From Octopus sinensis (taxonomy: Eukaryota), in assembly GCF_006345805.1 (NCBI RefSeq), contig NC_042999.1, positions 29,016,001 through 29,080,000 of the forward strand: 64,000 nucleotides of DNA. Direction: 5' to 3'. The stretch's first letter is position 1, and each line of letters opens with the position of its first letter. This document shows, in pieces, positions 25,961 through 37,976 of the stretch. Below the pieces are notes generated by a model that worked only from the letters and a program-made list of their open reading frames with translations, did not search any database and had not been told where the DNA came from. The position numbers were made by a program, and so were the translations under genes.

Positions 25961-26989
25961 GTTAGTCTGAGTGCTTCAACTGACATTCTAATAGGACAAA
26001 AATACAAACGGGTGGATCATTTTAGCACACCATTAGATACTTCGCAGATTCTAGATGATACATTATTGTGTAGTGCAAAGCACAGTGTTCTGATAGCTAC
26101 AAGAGTTGACGCGTTAACGAATTCTCTGTATTTGGTGGTGGATAGGAAGAGAACGCCTTAATGAGTTTGACGATTTAGAGAAGAGATTGTTTACATTAAT
26201 AATATCAAGGATGAGTAAGTACAAATATGTGATAGGGGGACACATTATGAAATATGTTTGTGCGTGTGCATTTTTGCGTGCGTGAGCGACAGGAAGTGAG
26301 ACACAGAGAAAGAGTGAGAGAGAGTTAATTGTACCAATTGATTGTGATTTTTGTTGATCTTCAGGTAATTTGCACTGCCATATTTAATTTTCGTTACTGT
26401 TAACCCGAGACTAGCTATCTAAATGGAACAGACATTTGACTAAAGATATTCTACCTATGACTATCATGATGTTTGCGGGTTGTATCTTGGATTAATCACT
26501 TAATGTTTTCCATAATTTGAATCGTGGTGGTAGTCTTATAAGAAATGGTAATGTTAATGGAGGAGTGGTTTTCACAGTATTAATGATCATGCTAGCGATA
26601 CTTCTGGTGGTTGCGTGGTATAGTGCGGTGCTGGTTTTGAAGGGTAAAGTTCTGGAGGAAATATAATAGTGGTATTGACGGTTCTAGTAATGATAATGGT
26701 ACCTGTATGATTTTTTCGTTGAGAAGTATGGTAGTGGTGGTATTGGTAACGTTAACCCCATTAAAAAACAGCAGCCGTAGTCGTTCCTTAGCGTCGCTGG
26801 CGATTGTAATGGTGGGATGTTGATGCTATTCTAGTTGGTAGTGGTGTATAAGTCACTGTGGTTAACATGGGCTTTTGTCACGTTGGCGATATGGTTACTA
26901 CATACAGTCTTGGGCTTCTTAGTCTCATATTGGTACTGTTTTAGTTTAATTATTAATTTAATGTTTTGCGGTTCAAAAATTAAAAGCAA

Positions 26990-27275
26990 GTCCATGTAGG
27001 GGCACAGGGAGTTATGTACAGGGAGGAAGGTCATACAAATAGTTCAGGCCATTTCCTGTCAAGAGAGACTTTGAACCGAGCGGTCGTCGGCATCTTCACT
27101 ATCTCGCCCGGCAGCTTATTCCACGGATCCGCAACCCGGACGGAGAAAGCCCACTTTCCTTCGATTGAGATGAAATCGTCGTCGATAGAGCTTTTCGGAG
27201 TGACCCCCGCAGCCCACGCTCTGGAGCAGGAGTGAAGAACAGTTGTTGTTGTTAACCTCAGTCCACACGATAGAA
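26990..27275 (-). mobile_element. CR1/L2-type LINE 3' end
   Basis: The minus strand translates AFSVRVADPWNKLPGEIVKMPTTARFKVSLDRKWPELFV*, the typical CR1-clade ORF2 C-terminus. Confidence 0.75.
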
Positions 27276-27982
27276 GTCCTGAAGACTGATGCTAATAACT
27301 ACTCAGTGCAGATAATCGCGTCATTTCAGTGTTAACTTGAACTAAATTATCTGGTGGCATTTGCTTTTAGGACACTAGCTTATTTTAAAGGGAAGTTTTG
27401 TATGCTAGATTAAATTGGTTATCGCAGATAATTGTCTCAGTTATTATCCTTTCAGAAATTACTATCTGCGCTTTTGTTTTTGTAGCTCTTGTTGGTTCTG
27501 CCTTATCTTCCTGTTCTAGCCGGACGTGTTGCTCTCATTTCCTTTTTATGTTTTACTCCTATTACACATATTTTCTTTCTGCCATCATTTCATTTCCTGT
27601 TTCCCATAGTTTGATTATCTTCATTATCTCTAATGGCTCATGTTATTTTAGTTGCCATTGTTAAAATTCACCTGCAAAGAATTGAACTTTAGGCGTTATA
27701 AAACGTTTCCACTTATTTCAATGCCAAAATTGTTTGCAATTTTGAAACTGATTGAAATTCTTTGACATTTAAGAAGCATTTATCTCGTATAAGTCCTTCA
27801 GGATTACAATATACAATATACGTTGGAATACAATATACGTAGGAAGGTAACGTGTGTTGTTAAGGTATTGGGCGTCGAAAGCGTAGTTTATGTAACAGTA
27901 CAATGTTACCGTAAAAGACTCTTGCATGGCTTGGGTGATTTCGTTGTATATAATTTTGTATGCTGTATATAAACAATGTGTA

Positions 27983-28251
27983 GGCGCAATTGCCCAGTGG
28001 TTAGGGCAGCGGACTCGCGGTTTCGATTACCAGACCAGGCGTTGTGTGTTTATTGAGCGAAAACGCCTAAAATCTCCAGGAGGCTCCGGCAGGGAGTGGT
28101 GGTGACCCCTGTTGTACCCTTTCGTCACTCTCTCTTCCTGTTTCTTGAGTAACGCTGTGATGGACTGGCGTCCCGTCCAGCTGGAAAGAACACATACGCC
28201 ACAGAAACCGGGAAACCGGGTCCCTGAGCCTGGCTCGGCTTGAAAAGGGCG
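27983..28251 (+). mobile_element. SINE: family C head and body with V/Meta-like tail
   Basis: The body matches 19741 and 61665-62048, while the tail GAGTAACGCTGTGATGGACTGGCGTCCCGTCCAGCTGG...GAAACCGGGAAACCGG matches 22280-22515. Confidence 0.8.
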
Positions 28252-29507
28252 ACGTTTATCGTTTTTTTTTTTAAATATAAAAAATATTGTATATAGTTCA
28301 TACATCTCTTGGCGCGGTCTGTTCAGAAATATACTAAAAAATTGCAAGCAATTCATAGCCAGAATTGATGTAACCAATTAAATAATTTACTTTATTGCAG
28401 TTAGAATCATGCTTTGTTATTTCGTTCGTGCGCATATTGTGGCTTCGAATTGTTCCAGGCCACATAAATTCAAAGTTTCCGTCTCTGTCTTGAGTAAGGT
28501 GTGCATGAGTTAGCGTTCGATTACACTCCAGGTTATTGTCAATCATTGCTTCAAATGTATTTGTAGTAACTTTTCGATGTAGGTTTTCTCAGTTGTGTGT
28601 TTTGTGTTTGTGTGTGTTTATCTGTGGGTGTTGTGTACGGGTGTGTGTGTGAGTGCATTTTGTGGATCTTATCTTTATTCGTATGAGGTTAAAATTTGCT
28701 AAACGTCATGGTTGAGTGCGTACAGAAGCACACAGTTATGGACACACATGAATGTGTGCATATGGACATACGTACCCGAAAATGCACAGGCATTTAAAAA
28801 TATACCTATCTGTCTGTCTGTCTGTCTGTTTCTCTCTCTCTCTCTATCTATTTATTTATCTATCTATATTTATATCTGTATCTATATATTCGTGTTTGTG
28901 CTATATGTTTGTATGAATGTAATGTGTAACCACCCCAGCTATAAACTGATGATTCAACGTAATAAATCTGTAGTTAAGGGAACGGAAAATGTTTTAAAGG
29001 AGACGCTGAAAGATATACGACAGTGCTGGTGATAAATAGAGGACCAACATAATAAAATTAGGTGGCTACACTGCAAGATGAACTTTAGGTTTAGAAAACG
29101 TGAATCAATACAGGATAATAGGTTCGATGAGAAAAAAAAAGAATAGGTCAGTAACTTGATAGAAGTACAGATACAGACGATATGACGGTGAGTGAGAGGG
29201 AGTGAGAGATGGATGTCATTAGGGAGTGAAAGCAGAATTATGTTAAATATGGAGAGATATAAAGATGGTTATTGTTAAACGAATGACAGCGCATAACGTA
29301 ACTTTTAGAGATTAACGAGACGAAGAGAGAGATGCCATAAGACTATCTCTTTTCCAGAACCACATTGGGGTGAGACTGAATGCGAAATTGCTACGTATCA
29401 TTATGTGACGGGAAGAAAGACAGAATGACAAAAGGGAGACATATTATTAGTAAAGGAGGAGCGTCAAAGATGGAAACATAATGAATGAAGTAAATAAATA
29501 TTTAAAA

Positions 29508-29902
29508 CTAGCAGTATCGCCCGGCGTTGCTCGGATTTGTAAGGGAAATAACTATATACGCATTTTTAGAGATGTAAAGTATAATAGCCATCTCAATATG
29601 GCTAACCACAAAGGGGGGGTGTTACTGTAGGTTTTTACGTTCTGAGATTTAATAATAAATTTTTAGAGAGTTACTTCCCTTATATATGCCAAAAATGCAT
29701 TAAAAATGGGAAAACTTGATGGTAATTTTTTTTTTAACCGTAGACTCATCGTAGACGTGAGCTAATACCCAGAAGGGCTCGATATGAATCCCGACTATAA
29801 GAGACCCGGTTTTGGTTAAACTGCACCGCAAAATGTGGGAGTAGTTGGGAATCTAATTCGTAGGCAACAGACAGCACACAACCTCTCTTTTATATATAAA
29901 GA
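29508..29902 (-). mobile_element. Non-autonomous Helitron (395 bp)
   Basis: Minus strand has A|TCTTTATATATAAAAG at the 5' end, a subterminal hairpin CCGAGCAACGCCGGG and a CTAG|T 3' end, i.e. canonical TC...CTAG termini inserted in an AT site. Confidence 0.85.
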
Positions 29903-30747
29903 TTAACGTAATCGGTATGAGAAATTCTAATATAAATAAAATAAATCTCAACCCTTAATCTACGTGGCATTCTTCTTTGTTAAGTTAGTGCTTACCATCT
30001 TGTTTTTGTCCGCTCTTTCGTATTCTTTAGCTACTTGACTTCAGATTTAACTACTTTTTCCATTTGTTATCTTTGATTTCCTTCATTTACATATTGCCAC
30101 AAGTCAGAGTATCCTGTATCACTTAATAAAATTGATAGTATCCCTGTGCATCACATCCCGGATCCACATGACTTCCTTCCTTCGCCATAACATCTGATTT
30201 CATCAAATATCTAGTTCTTCCTTGCGCTTTATTTTTGGTCCGATATTTAAGCACATGAAATGTACATTTATTATAGCTTTGTCATCTGATTTCTTACCAG
30301 CCATTAGAAACCTAAATATTCGAGGTCTCACTTTCATAGACTATCCAACTTGTAACACACGCAGAATGCAATGTGATTTCCACTTTGACAACAGAAAAAC
30401 AAATTTACTGTTACTCGCAGAAGTAAGACACTGCAATTTACTCACACTTCTCTCACTTTTTACACAATTCCGTCGCAACACACATTTCTAGGAACAACGA
30501 TATCACTTAAGTAACAAAAGATTCTAATAGTAGTAGCTAGCCTTCTATATACACTATTAAACTTGATTTTAACTCTAACCACAACTATTGTGTGTTTATA
30601 GTTTATTTTTTACCGAATTCAAACGAGTTCTGTTTTCAGATATGAGACATGTCTTTCCCTACGGCATTAAAGACATATTTACATTCCTGCAAAACCTGAC
30701 TAACTGATTTTATGTGTGTGCATTTCAGATTCCGCATATATAATATC

Positions 30748-30786
<39 letters not shown>

Positions 30787-30866
30787 TGCTATCTATATAT
30801 ATGTTATTATATACCTATAAATCCATATATGTGTCTATACATACGCACACACACACACACACACAC

Positions 30867-30919
<53 letters not shown>

Positions 30920-31559
30920 GACATTGAACAGGAGATCGAAAAAAAATTGTATTATTTCCAATCTCCTGTTTTGATATTATTTTGTTGAAAGTATTTCTCT
31001 GTATTTTCATCTGTTACGCATACCTCACACAAATTTAACATCATACAGCTTTGCAATATTGGACGAAGCAGATGTATTTCGAGAGGTAACAGCTTATATT
31101 TAGCTATACCTGCATAATATATATATAATATAATATATTTCATTAGATTAGAGTAAAATATCAAAACCAAGGCAGAACATGTATCTCAAGACTTTTAGAA
31201 TAATTTAATTAGGCTGAGGTGAATTTGAAGTTTTACAATCTTTTCTGTGATAACCTCACTGGTTGGTTAGCATTTCCATGAACTGGGTATTCTGTCATCA
31301 GAGACTAGGTATTAATAATTTAGAAGTGAAACTTTTACACTTTACAAGGAATAAAGTTCATAGTTTTTAAGGAATAAAACAGAAGTTTAAAGGTGTAAAA
31401 TAGAAGAAAAAGAGTAAAAGTAGTTAGAAAATATAGGCTGGAGAATAACGTTCACATCATCTGTTATAGAGGATATAGATTTTTGACGAACTTCCATGAA
31501 GGTACATGTTTTTACTTAAAAAAAACCAGGTAAATCCAATGTAAAGCCTCGAAAACGTT

Positions 31560-33400
31560 AGTACCAATATTAATGACATACAAAACACACTCAACCCTAG
31601 CACTACAACCAGAATTAATCAATCATAAGTGCCATTCCCCTAATAATGCCCTTAATTCTAATTTCTCCATAAATAGTACTGCATCCCCATTTTCCACTAA
31701 TAATACTCGTAGGACAGGTAGATGTAACTGCCAATCCGCTAGAGAATGTCCGTTGCAAACCCACTGCAGAAGATTTAACGTGGTATAAATATGCAAATCG
31801 CTTAACTCTGCTCTGCACATAAGAAACCATTTAAGCATGGGGAGCAGAGCAAAGCTACCTCCATAACGAACCATATACACCATCAAATAAATAGAAAGGT
31901 ACCATGAAGGATATCCTGGGCGATAATAGCAGTTTCCTACTAGTGCTCTCTATGTAGGGTGCTCCACATTTACTGTAGCCTACTCCATATACTATACAGG
32001 CTCTCAAGCATATCTTGATACCGTTGATGGGGAGATTGGTGTGTCTGCACTCCACGGTTTTCTCTGGGGTATGTTTCTTCGACTGAACCTTCCTGAGGGA
32101 CGGACTAGTGTGTACCAACTGTATGTTGAGTCCCTCCCTGCAGATGACATGTTGAAAAGCTGCAGTTGTTCCATCATCGAAGTAGGGAAGTTTAAAGAAG
32201 CACATTCCCCATTTGGTGTTACGGGTTTTCTTATGTTGTTTACTCACTGTCATGCATTGTAGATGCACTCGTTTAACTACAGATGTCGGATGGCCGTTGT
32301 GCGCTAGATTTTTGAGGAACTGCCTGGTGTTGGCTTGTCGCTTACTTCATTGATTATGTCTGTTATCTCATTCTGTACGTGCGAAGTTTTGGCTCTGGTG
32401 GGCAAAAGTATGAATAGACTCTTAATAGGCGCATTTTTATAAGCATTCGTGTAAATGTTTTTTGTTCTTGATTTGGAAATCTAGCACAGGGTCCCGTACT
32501 CGTCTGTGTGTTCAATCTCGAATTTTGAGTGCCTGTTGACGTTGTCGAAATATTATTGATGGCGGTCACTTCTTCCCGAAAGGAGGTGTGCATCAGGATG
32601 TTGTCGACGTACTTTGAAAAGACGATGAATTTGGGACAGGTGTTGAGCGCCGGGAGTTCATGTTGGTCCATGTACGCGATAGCAAGCAGGACTGAGAGGC
32701 CAGCTACCATCAGTAGACCGGAGACCTGTTTATATACCTCACCGTAGTATTGGAACTAGGCGTTGCTGACTCTAATGACTAGTATTTCATTGGGGAAATG
32801 AACGTTAGAGAAGGAAGGACGAGAGGAGAGATGCGATGTAATTACGAATGATATAGACAGCCGGAAGAACGGGCACGGAAATATAGAAAGAGATGACGTC
32901 TTGCCGAAACGGTACCGGTTATTCCTCAACACGGATGGGTCGATATAATCTAGTTTTTATAAGAGTCATTTGGACATGTCGACGAGTGCGTGGAAAATGT
33001 GAAGGAGAAGTTTGAGGAGTTTCTAGAGAAGCCAAGAAATAGTGCAAAAGGGGCAGTCAAGTTTGGACCCAAGTTTGTGTTTACTTTAAGATGTGAACTT
33101 GAGCCTAATCTTCTAGATGTGATGGGTGCGTTTTCATATAGTGTAGCCTCATTGGAATGCTGGATTGCTAATTTGTCGTAAGTGTACCTATCTATGACGC
33201 AAAATTCCTTCCCATTGAAGATAGGAAGTCAAGGCTTTTAGATTGTAGGTTTTATTAGGTGTGGAAGTGGGATTTTGTGAGTTTGTGTGGTGGAGCGTGT
33301 ATTTAGGATGTTAAATATGGTTCGTTTAAGTCTAGCTAGTTTACTACTGAGTTCGGGTTTGTTTTGGGGAAAAGAGGAATGGGTTGTAAAGGTGGTAAGT
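31560..33400 (-). mobile_element. Decayed Penelope-like element (RT plus GIY-YIG)
   Basis: GKEFCVIDRYTYDKL (about 33210), FQYYGEVYKQVSGLLMVAGLSVLLAIAYMD and SKYVDNIL (RT, YVDD-like; ORF 32363-32710), FFKLPY linker, and IVYGVGYSKCGAPYIESTSRKL (GIY-YIG; ORF 31855-32268). Multiple stops. Confidence 0.8.
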
Positions 33401-33524
33401 GAGAAACCTAGAAGTGGAAAGAGGAGGGTAATAGTGGGATGAAAAATAATGGGGATGATAAGGAGGAGGAGGAGGGTAATAGTGAGATAAGAAAGAAAGG
33501 GGAGGGGAAGGAGTTGAAAGAGTT

Positions 33525-33676
33525 GAAGAAGAAGAAGAAGAAGAAGAAGAAGAAGAAGAAGGAGAAGAAGAAAAAGAAGAAGAAGGAGAAGAAGAAGAAG
33601 AAGAAGAAGAAGAAGAAGAAGAAGAAGAAGAAGAAGAAGAAGAAGAAGAAGAAGAAGAAGAAGAAGAAGAAGAAGA
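33525..33676. repeat. (GAA)n microsatellite
   Basis: Direct reading, about 50 units. Confidence 0.95.
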
Positions 33677-33911
33677 CTGGGGAGGGAACTGGAGGTGTTG
33701 ATGATGACGATGGTGATGGTGTAACAGAGGAGTAAGAAGATGGGTGCTTTAAGGCCAAAACCCATTCTAATTGGTTATTTGTCCTGAAAAAGTTATGTCA
33801 AATAGAGTTTGTCATTGAGATTTAATGTTAAGATAACATAGGATGCCATCTTAAAAGTTGGAGTTCCGTTGGTATGAGAGAGAGTCAGTCAAGTCTGTGA
33901 CAGGGGCCTCT

Positions 33912-33973
33912 GCAGTAGCAGCGGCAGCAGCAGTAGTAGTAGTTGTTACTGTTGTTATTGTAGTAGCAGCAGC

Positions 33974-34038
<65 letters not shown>
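33912..34038. repeat. (GTA)n/(GCA)n triplet repeat
   Basis: Direct reading. Confidence 0.9.
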
Positions 34039-34039
<1 letters not shown>

Positions 34040-34170
34040 TGTGGTGGTATCAGCCGCCTCAGCAGCACTGGTAGCTGTTGGAGTTGTGAAGGATGATGTG
34101 TTCTTCCAATGAGGACTCACGCCATTAGCCACAAAGAATAATCTCTAATTCAATCCTACACTAAGATACT

Positions 34171-34578
34171 AAGAATTCGTGTGGCAACTTGAAGATCCAC
34201 CCACCACACGCGATAGACTGACGGATGCATGGGCGCGAAAGCTACGTTGTTATCCTCATTTCGTAAACGCTCGCTTTTAACAGGCGGAGAGCTGAACCAT
34301 CCTGGGGTACAGAGGATTCGCAAACTAGACTAGGATCTGAAAGTTTTCTACACCATAGTGGGTTACACCGTGGTTCATCTGCTTTGTGGCAGAAGTAGGA
34401 AGAAAGAGTGAGAGAAAGTTGTTATGGAAGAGTACGGTGGGGATTACCACCACCCCCGCCAGAGCCTCGTGGGGCTTAGGTGATTTTGCTCAATAAACAC
34501 TCACAATGCCCGGTCTGGGATTCGAAACCGCATTCTTACGACCGCCAGTATGCTGCCCTAACCACTGGGCCATTGCGC
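34171..34578 (-). mobile_element. SINE family C head and body with a distinct 3' tail
   Basis: GCGCAATGGCCCAGTGGTTAGGGCAGC head and family C body to CTTTCTCTCACTCTTTCTTCC, then about 220 bp unrelated to the other tails. The left boundary is uncertain. Confidence 0.7.
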
Positions 34579-36089
34579 GTCCTCGGAAGGTCAGAACAAT
34601 GCGGGAAGCAAGAAACTAAACTACAAAAGGAAGGCAATATCATATGGAATACTGTTGTATAGTGAAGATACAAATTCAAATTTGTGTGGAGATTTTCCTT
34701 TTTTTCTGTCTATACGCTTGTTAACAACTTACAAATATGAAGACAGATAGGAAATACGGACCAAATAATTGGCCTAATGGGAAAGATACTACATACATAG
34801 TTACCGCTTTAAAATTCAGCTGAAACGCAGGGTATGCATTAACAGTGACGTGATTTTTCAATTCTCACTGCTTGAAATATTTAATGAGTGCTAACGAGTG
34901 AATTCGTTAATTTGAATCAACTCAGAACATATATTAATAGATGCATGGCAATATATAAAACGTAAGATTAAACGGAGAAAATTACATTTGAGATTAAATA
35001 TACTAGAGTTACACCAATAATTATGTTTTTTTAACATGATTCCCTAGAGTGACGCCAAATAGTAAGATAATCATTTAATGGAAAAACAGACTGCATGCTC
35101 AGTGAATAAACAGAAGGTAAAATAATGAGAATTAAACTAGAAACAATGGAATGAAATAATTACAAAATAAGATAGGTTGCCATTATAGATTAAATAATTT
35201 CCTTCATTGCACTGACATGAAAATATTTCAATGATTAAACGGTGTCTTTAATTTATTTTGCAATTATTTTCTATTACATTTTCGTATCTTTTATTCTGTC
35301 ATATATTTATATTTTACATTTTAGGTTTTTCAATTAAGCATGAATAACCACAGAGGCAAATTAGTTAATGCATGTTTAATTCACTGTGATTCCAAGTTGA
35401 AATTTTGAAGAAAGCAGCTTACGAAATAATAATATTGTACTTTATATATATACATAATATCTATACGTCCATGCACACAAGTATGTACACCCATAATGGC
35501 TCACATACAAAGAAGTATACATGCATTCATATATATATATATATGAATGTATATATGTATACATATGTATCTATATATATATATATGTATATATATGTGT
35601 GTGTCTGTGTGTGTATATATGTATGTATGTATATGTATATATGTGCGTTCTGTTAAGAACGTATTACAGTAGAAATAGATCTTGTTCACCCTTAGAATTC
35701 CCAAATAGCCAGTAGTGTTATGGTATGTTACCAATTCTAGTTTTAACTATTTCTCGTGTGTGGAAATAAAAAGTAAAAAGTAAAGTCAAAGGAAAGAGTA
35801 ATTACAGTTAGATTTTTAATCATTTCAAATGTTTTGATGCTTACAGATTCACGTATATACATGATTTCTAGTTAATTTTAAATTTAAATGATATTATTTA
35901 ACGATTTACCTGTATACGAAGATAAATCGTTACATAATTTTATTTAAATTCAAAATTAGCTTTAAATCCTGTATATACGTGAATGAGTATGTATCAAAAC
36001 ATTTGTAGTTATTAAAGAAAGAGCTGTCTATATGTACTTGCTCATCCTTTTGACACTTTTACTTGCTACTTTTTATGTATATCCTCAAA

Positions 36090-36126
<37 letters not shown>

Positions 36127-37217
36127 CAATTTGAAGATGTAATGGCCTCCTTGGGGATTATAAAACCAAGAGATCAAGTGGTATATATATTGGATATATT
36201 GGGATAAATCTTTCGATATACAGAGATAAACTGTCCAATTTACATTTATTGATATGCGAAATCGGAGAAAAAATATTTGGGGTACATATTTCATTTCGTT
36301 CACAATAAGAACGTAGCACATAGTCAATACAAATAAAATTTTACGGAACATAAATCAACCTAAAATAAGCTTAAAAAGTTCCTACACATGTTTCAATGTG
36401 GTCACTAGGTAAACAGGACTTTGGATCCGCGGTGTTCGAAAAGTGTTAAGAGTTGCAGATGTAAAAAAAAAACACAATGTGACAAGATATCTTTGGGACA
36501 GCCAAAGACATCTGCAAAATATAATTACATATTTTTCCAGGGGAATTCAGATTGGTTGTAATATTGTACAAGATAAGATATTGAGGACCAAATATTCATA
36601 TAAGTATCCAAGTAATGTAAGCATTAAGTTGTTAGAAAAGGAAGAGGAGTAATAATTGGGGGTATTAGATAAAATGAATATGCTAAATATCTATTGGAGA
36701 TTTGTAAAATAGTTGGTCAGGGGTGGGAGGGACATTACGTAATCATTTGAAAAAATATAAAGACGGATAGGTGTTGTTAGTGACAATATTTAAGTAGGTT
36801 AAGCTATTGTGATGACGTTAAGTAAATAAATTCAATCAAAGAGAAGAAAAGAGAGATACGAAATGAGGATAGATAAGAAAAAATAAAAACATAAAATTAT
36901 AAAGAGAAATGAATTTGCTCAAGGAAAAGATAACGAAATGAAAATTAAATAAGGAAATTTTAGTTAAATGAAAGAATCTAGAAAAAGCAATAAGTGATTT
37001 GGGATATATATAAAACATAAAATATATACGTGGATTATAATATTTTAATGTCATGGCTAAAAAAGACTAGGTTATATTGTATACCTAGAAAATTATGATG
37101 TAGGAATGTAATTATGTCTCACTCGCAAAGAGGCTTGAATTTTCACTGGTTAAGATCAATTAATAATGGAGGCTATACATGTAAAATAAAATCTAAAGAT
37201 ACAAATTCGAATGGAGA

Positions 37218-37248
<31 letters not shown>

Positions 37249-37450
37249 GTTAATCGAAACAAGAAAACAAAAAAACACAACAACGCAAGGACGTGGAACA
37301 AATAAAGTGTTATTGGACGCTCAGGAAAGAAGGGAAGAAGGAGGTCTTAACGTTTCGAGCGGAGCTCTTCGTCGGAAACATAGGGGAAGGGAATATCCCG
37401 TGAAGGGAAGACAGAGGGGGAAAATCGCCAGTGGTACTCACGAGGTCACA
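37249..37450 (-). mobile_element. Short Penelope pLTR-like element between (TA)n runs
   Basis: A 200-bp block flanked by TA repeats and containing a minimal hammerhead-like motif. Confidence 0.55.
37344..37380 (-). ncRNA. Minimal hammerhead-like motif with CCGACGA core variant
   Basis: The minus strand reads TGTTT-CCGACGA-A-GAGC(TCC)GCTC-GAAAC-GTT-AAGAC: stem II of 4 bp, palindromic ACGT stem III and a weak stem I. Confidence 0.55.
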
Positions 37451-37549
37451 TATATATATAACTTTTACTTCTTTTACAAAATATCGCAGTAGAAATCTCG
37501 ATTGAAAATATAGCCCTGCCGGTAGAATTTTCGATGCATAATGCCACAT

Positions 37550-37930
37550 TTACAGTTTGAGGCATGTGACGTTCTTCCACCTTTGAAGGGCCCGTGCCAC
37601 TTGAAACATTGTGTACGACCCATTGCCCCGTCACCGTAACCTTGCCGAAGCATGCTCAATCTCTCAGTAGCAGACTTCCCAATTTTAATGCAAAATTTGT
37701 CGCTCACTCTTTTTTTTCTAACATCTTGTTCATGCCAAAATCGCAGACTACAGCATCCTCGTGATAAAAAAAAATCACAAATTTCAGAACTTGCAAAGTA
37801 AACACAGTGATGTCACTCGGCACACTGCCTCATCAACGTCACTACTAGATCTCACTGAGCACGCAACCGCATATTGCCATCTGTTAGTGCGCTACAAAAA
37901 CTAGTCCCCGAACTTTTTTGATACCTCCTC

Positions 37931-37933
<3 letters not shown>
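37550..37933 (-). mobile_element. mariner 5' relic with terminal inverted repeat
   Basis: The terminus reads TACGAGGAGGTATCAAAAAAGTT on the minus strand, and the ORF gives KFCIKIGKSATERLSMLRQGYGDGAMGRTQCFKWHGPFKGGRTS (mariner HTH). Confidence 0.8.

Positions 37934-37976
<43 letters not shown>

Noticed and set aside
31265-31305. CTGATGA…GAAA on the minus strand near the PLE 3' end
   Set aside because: Stem II is marginal and stem I does not pair, so it is compatible with chance.
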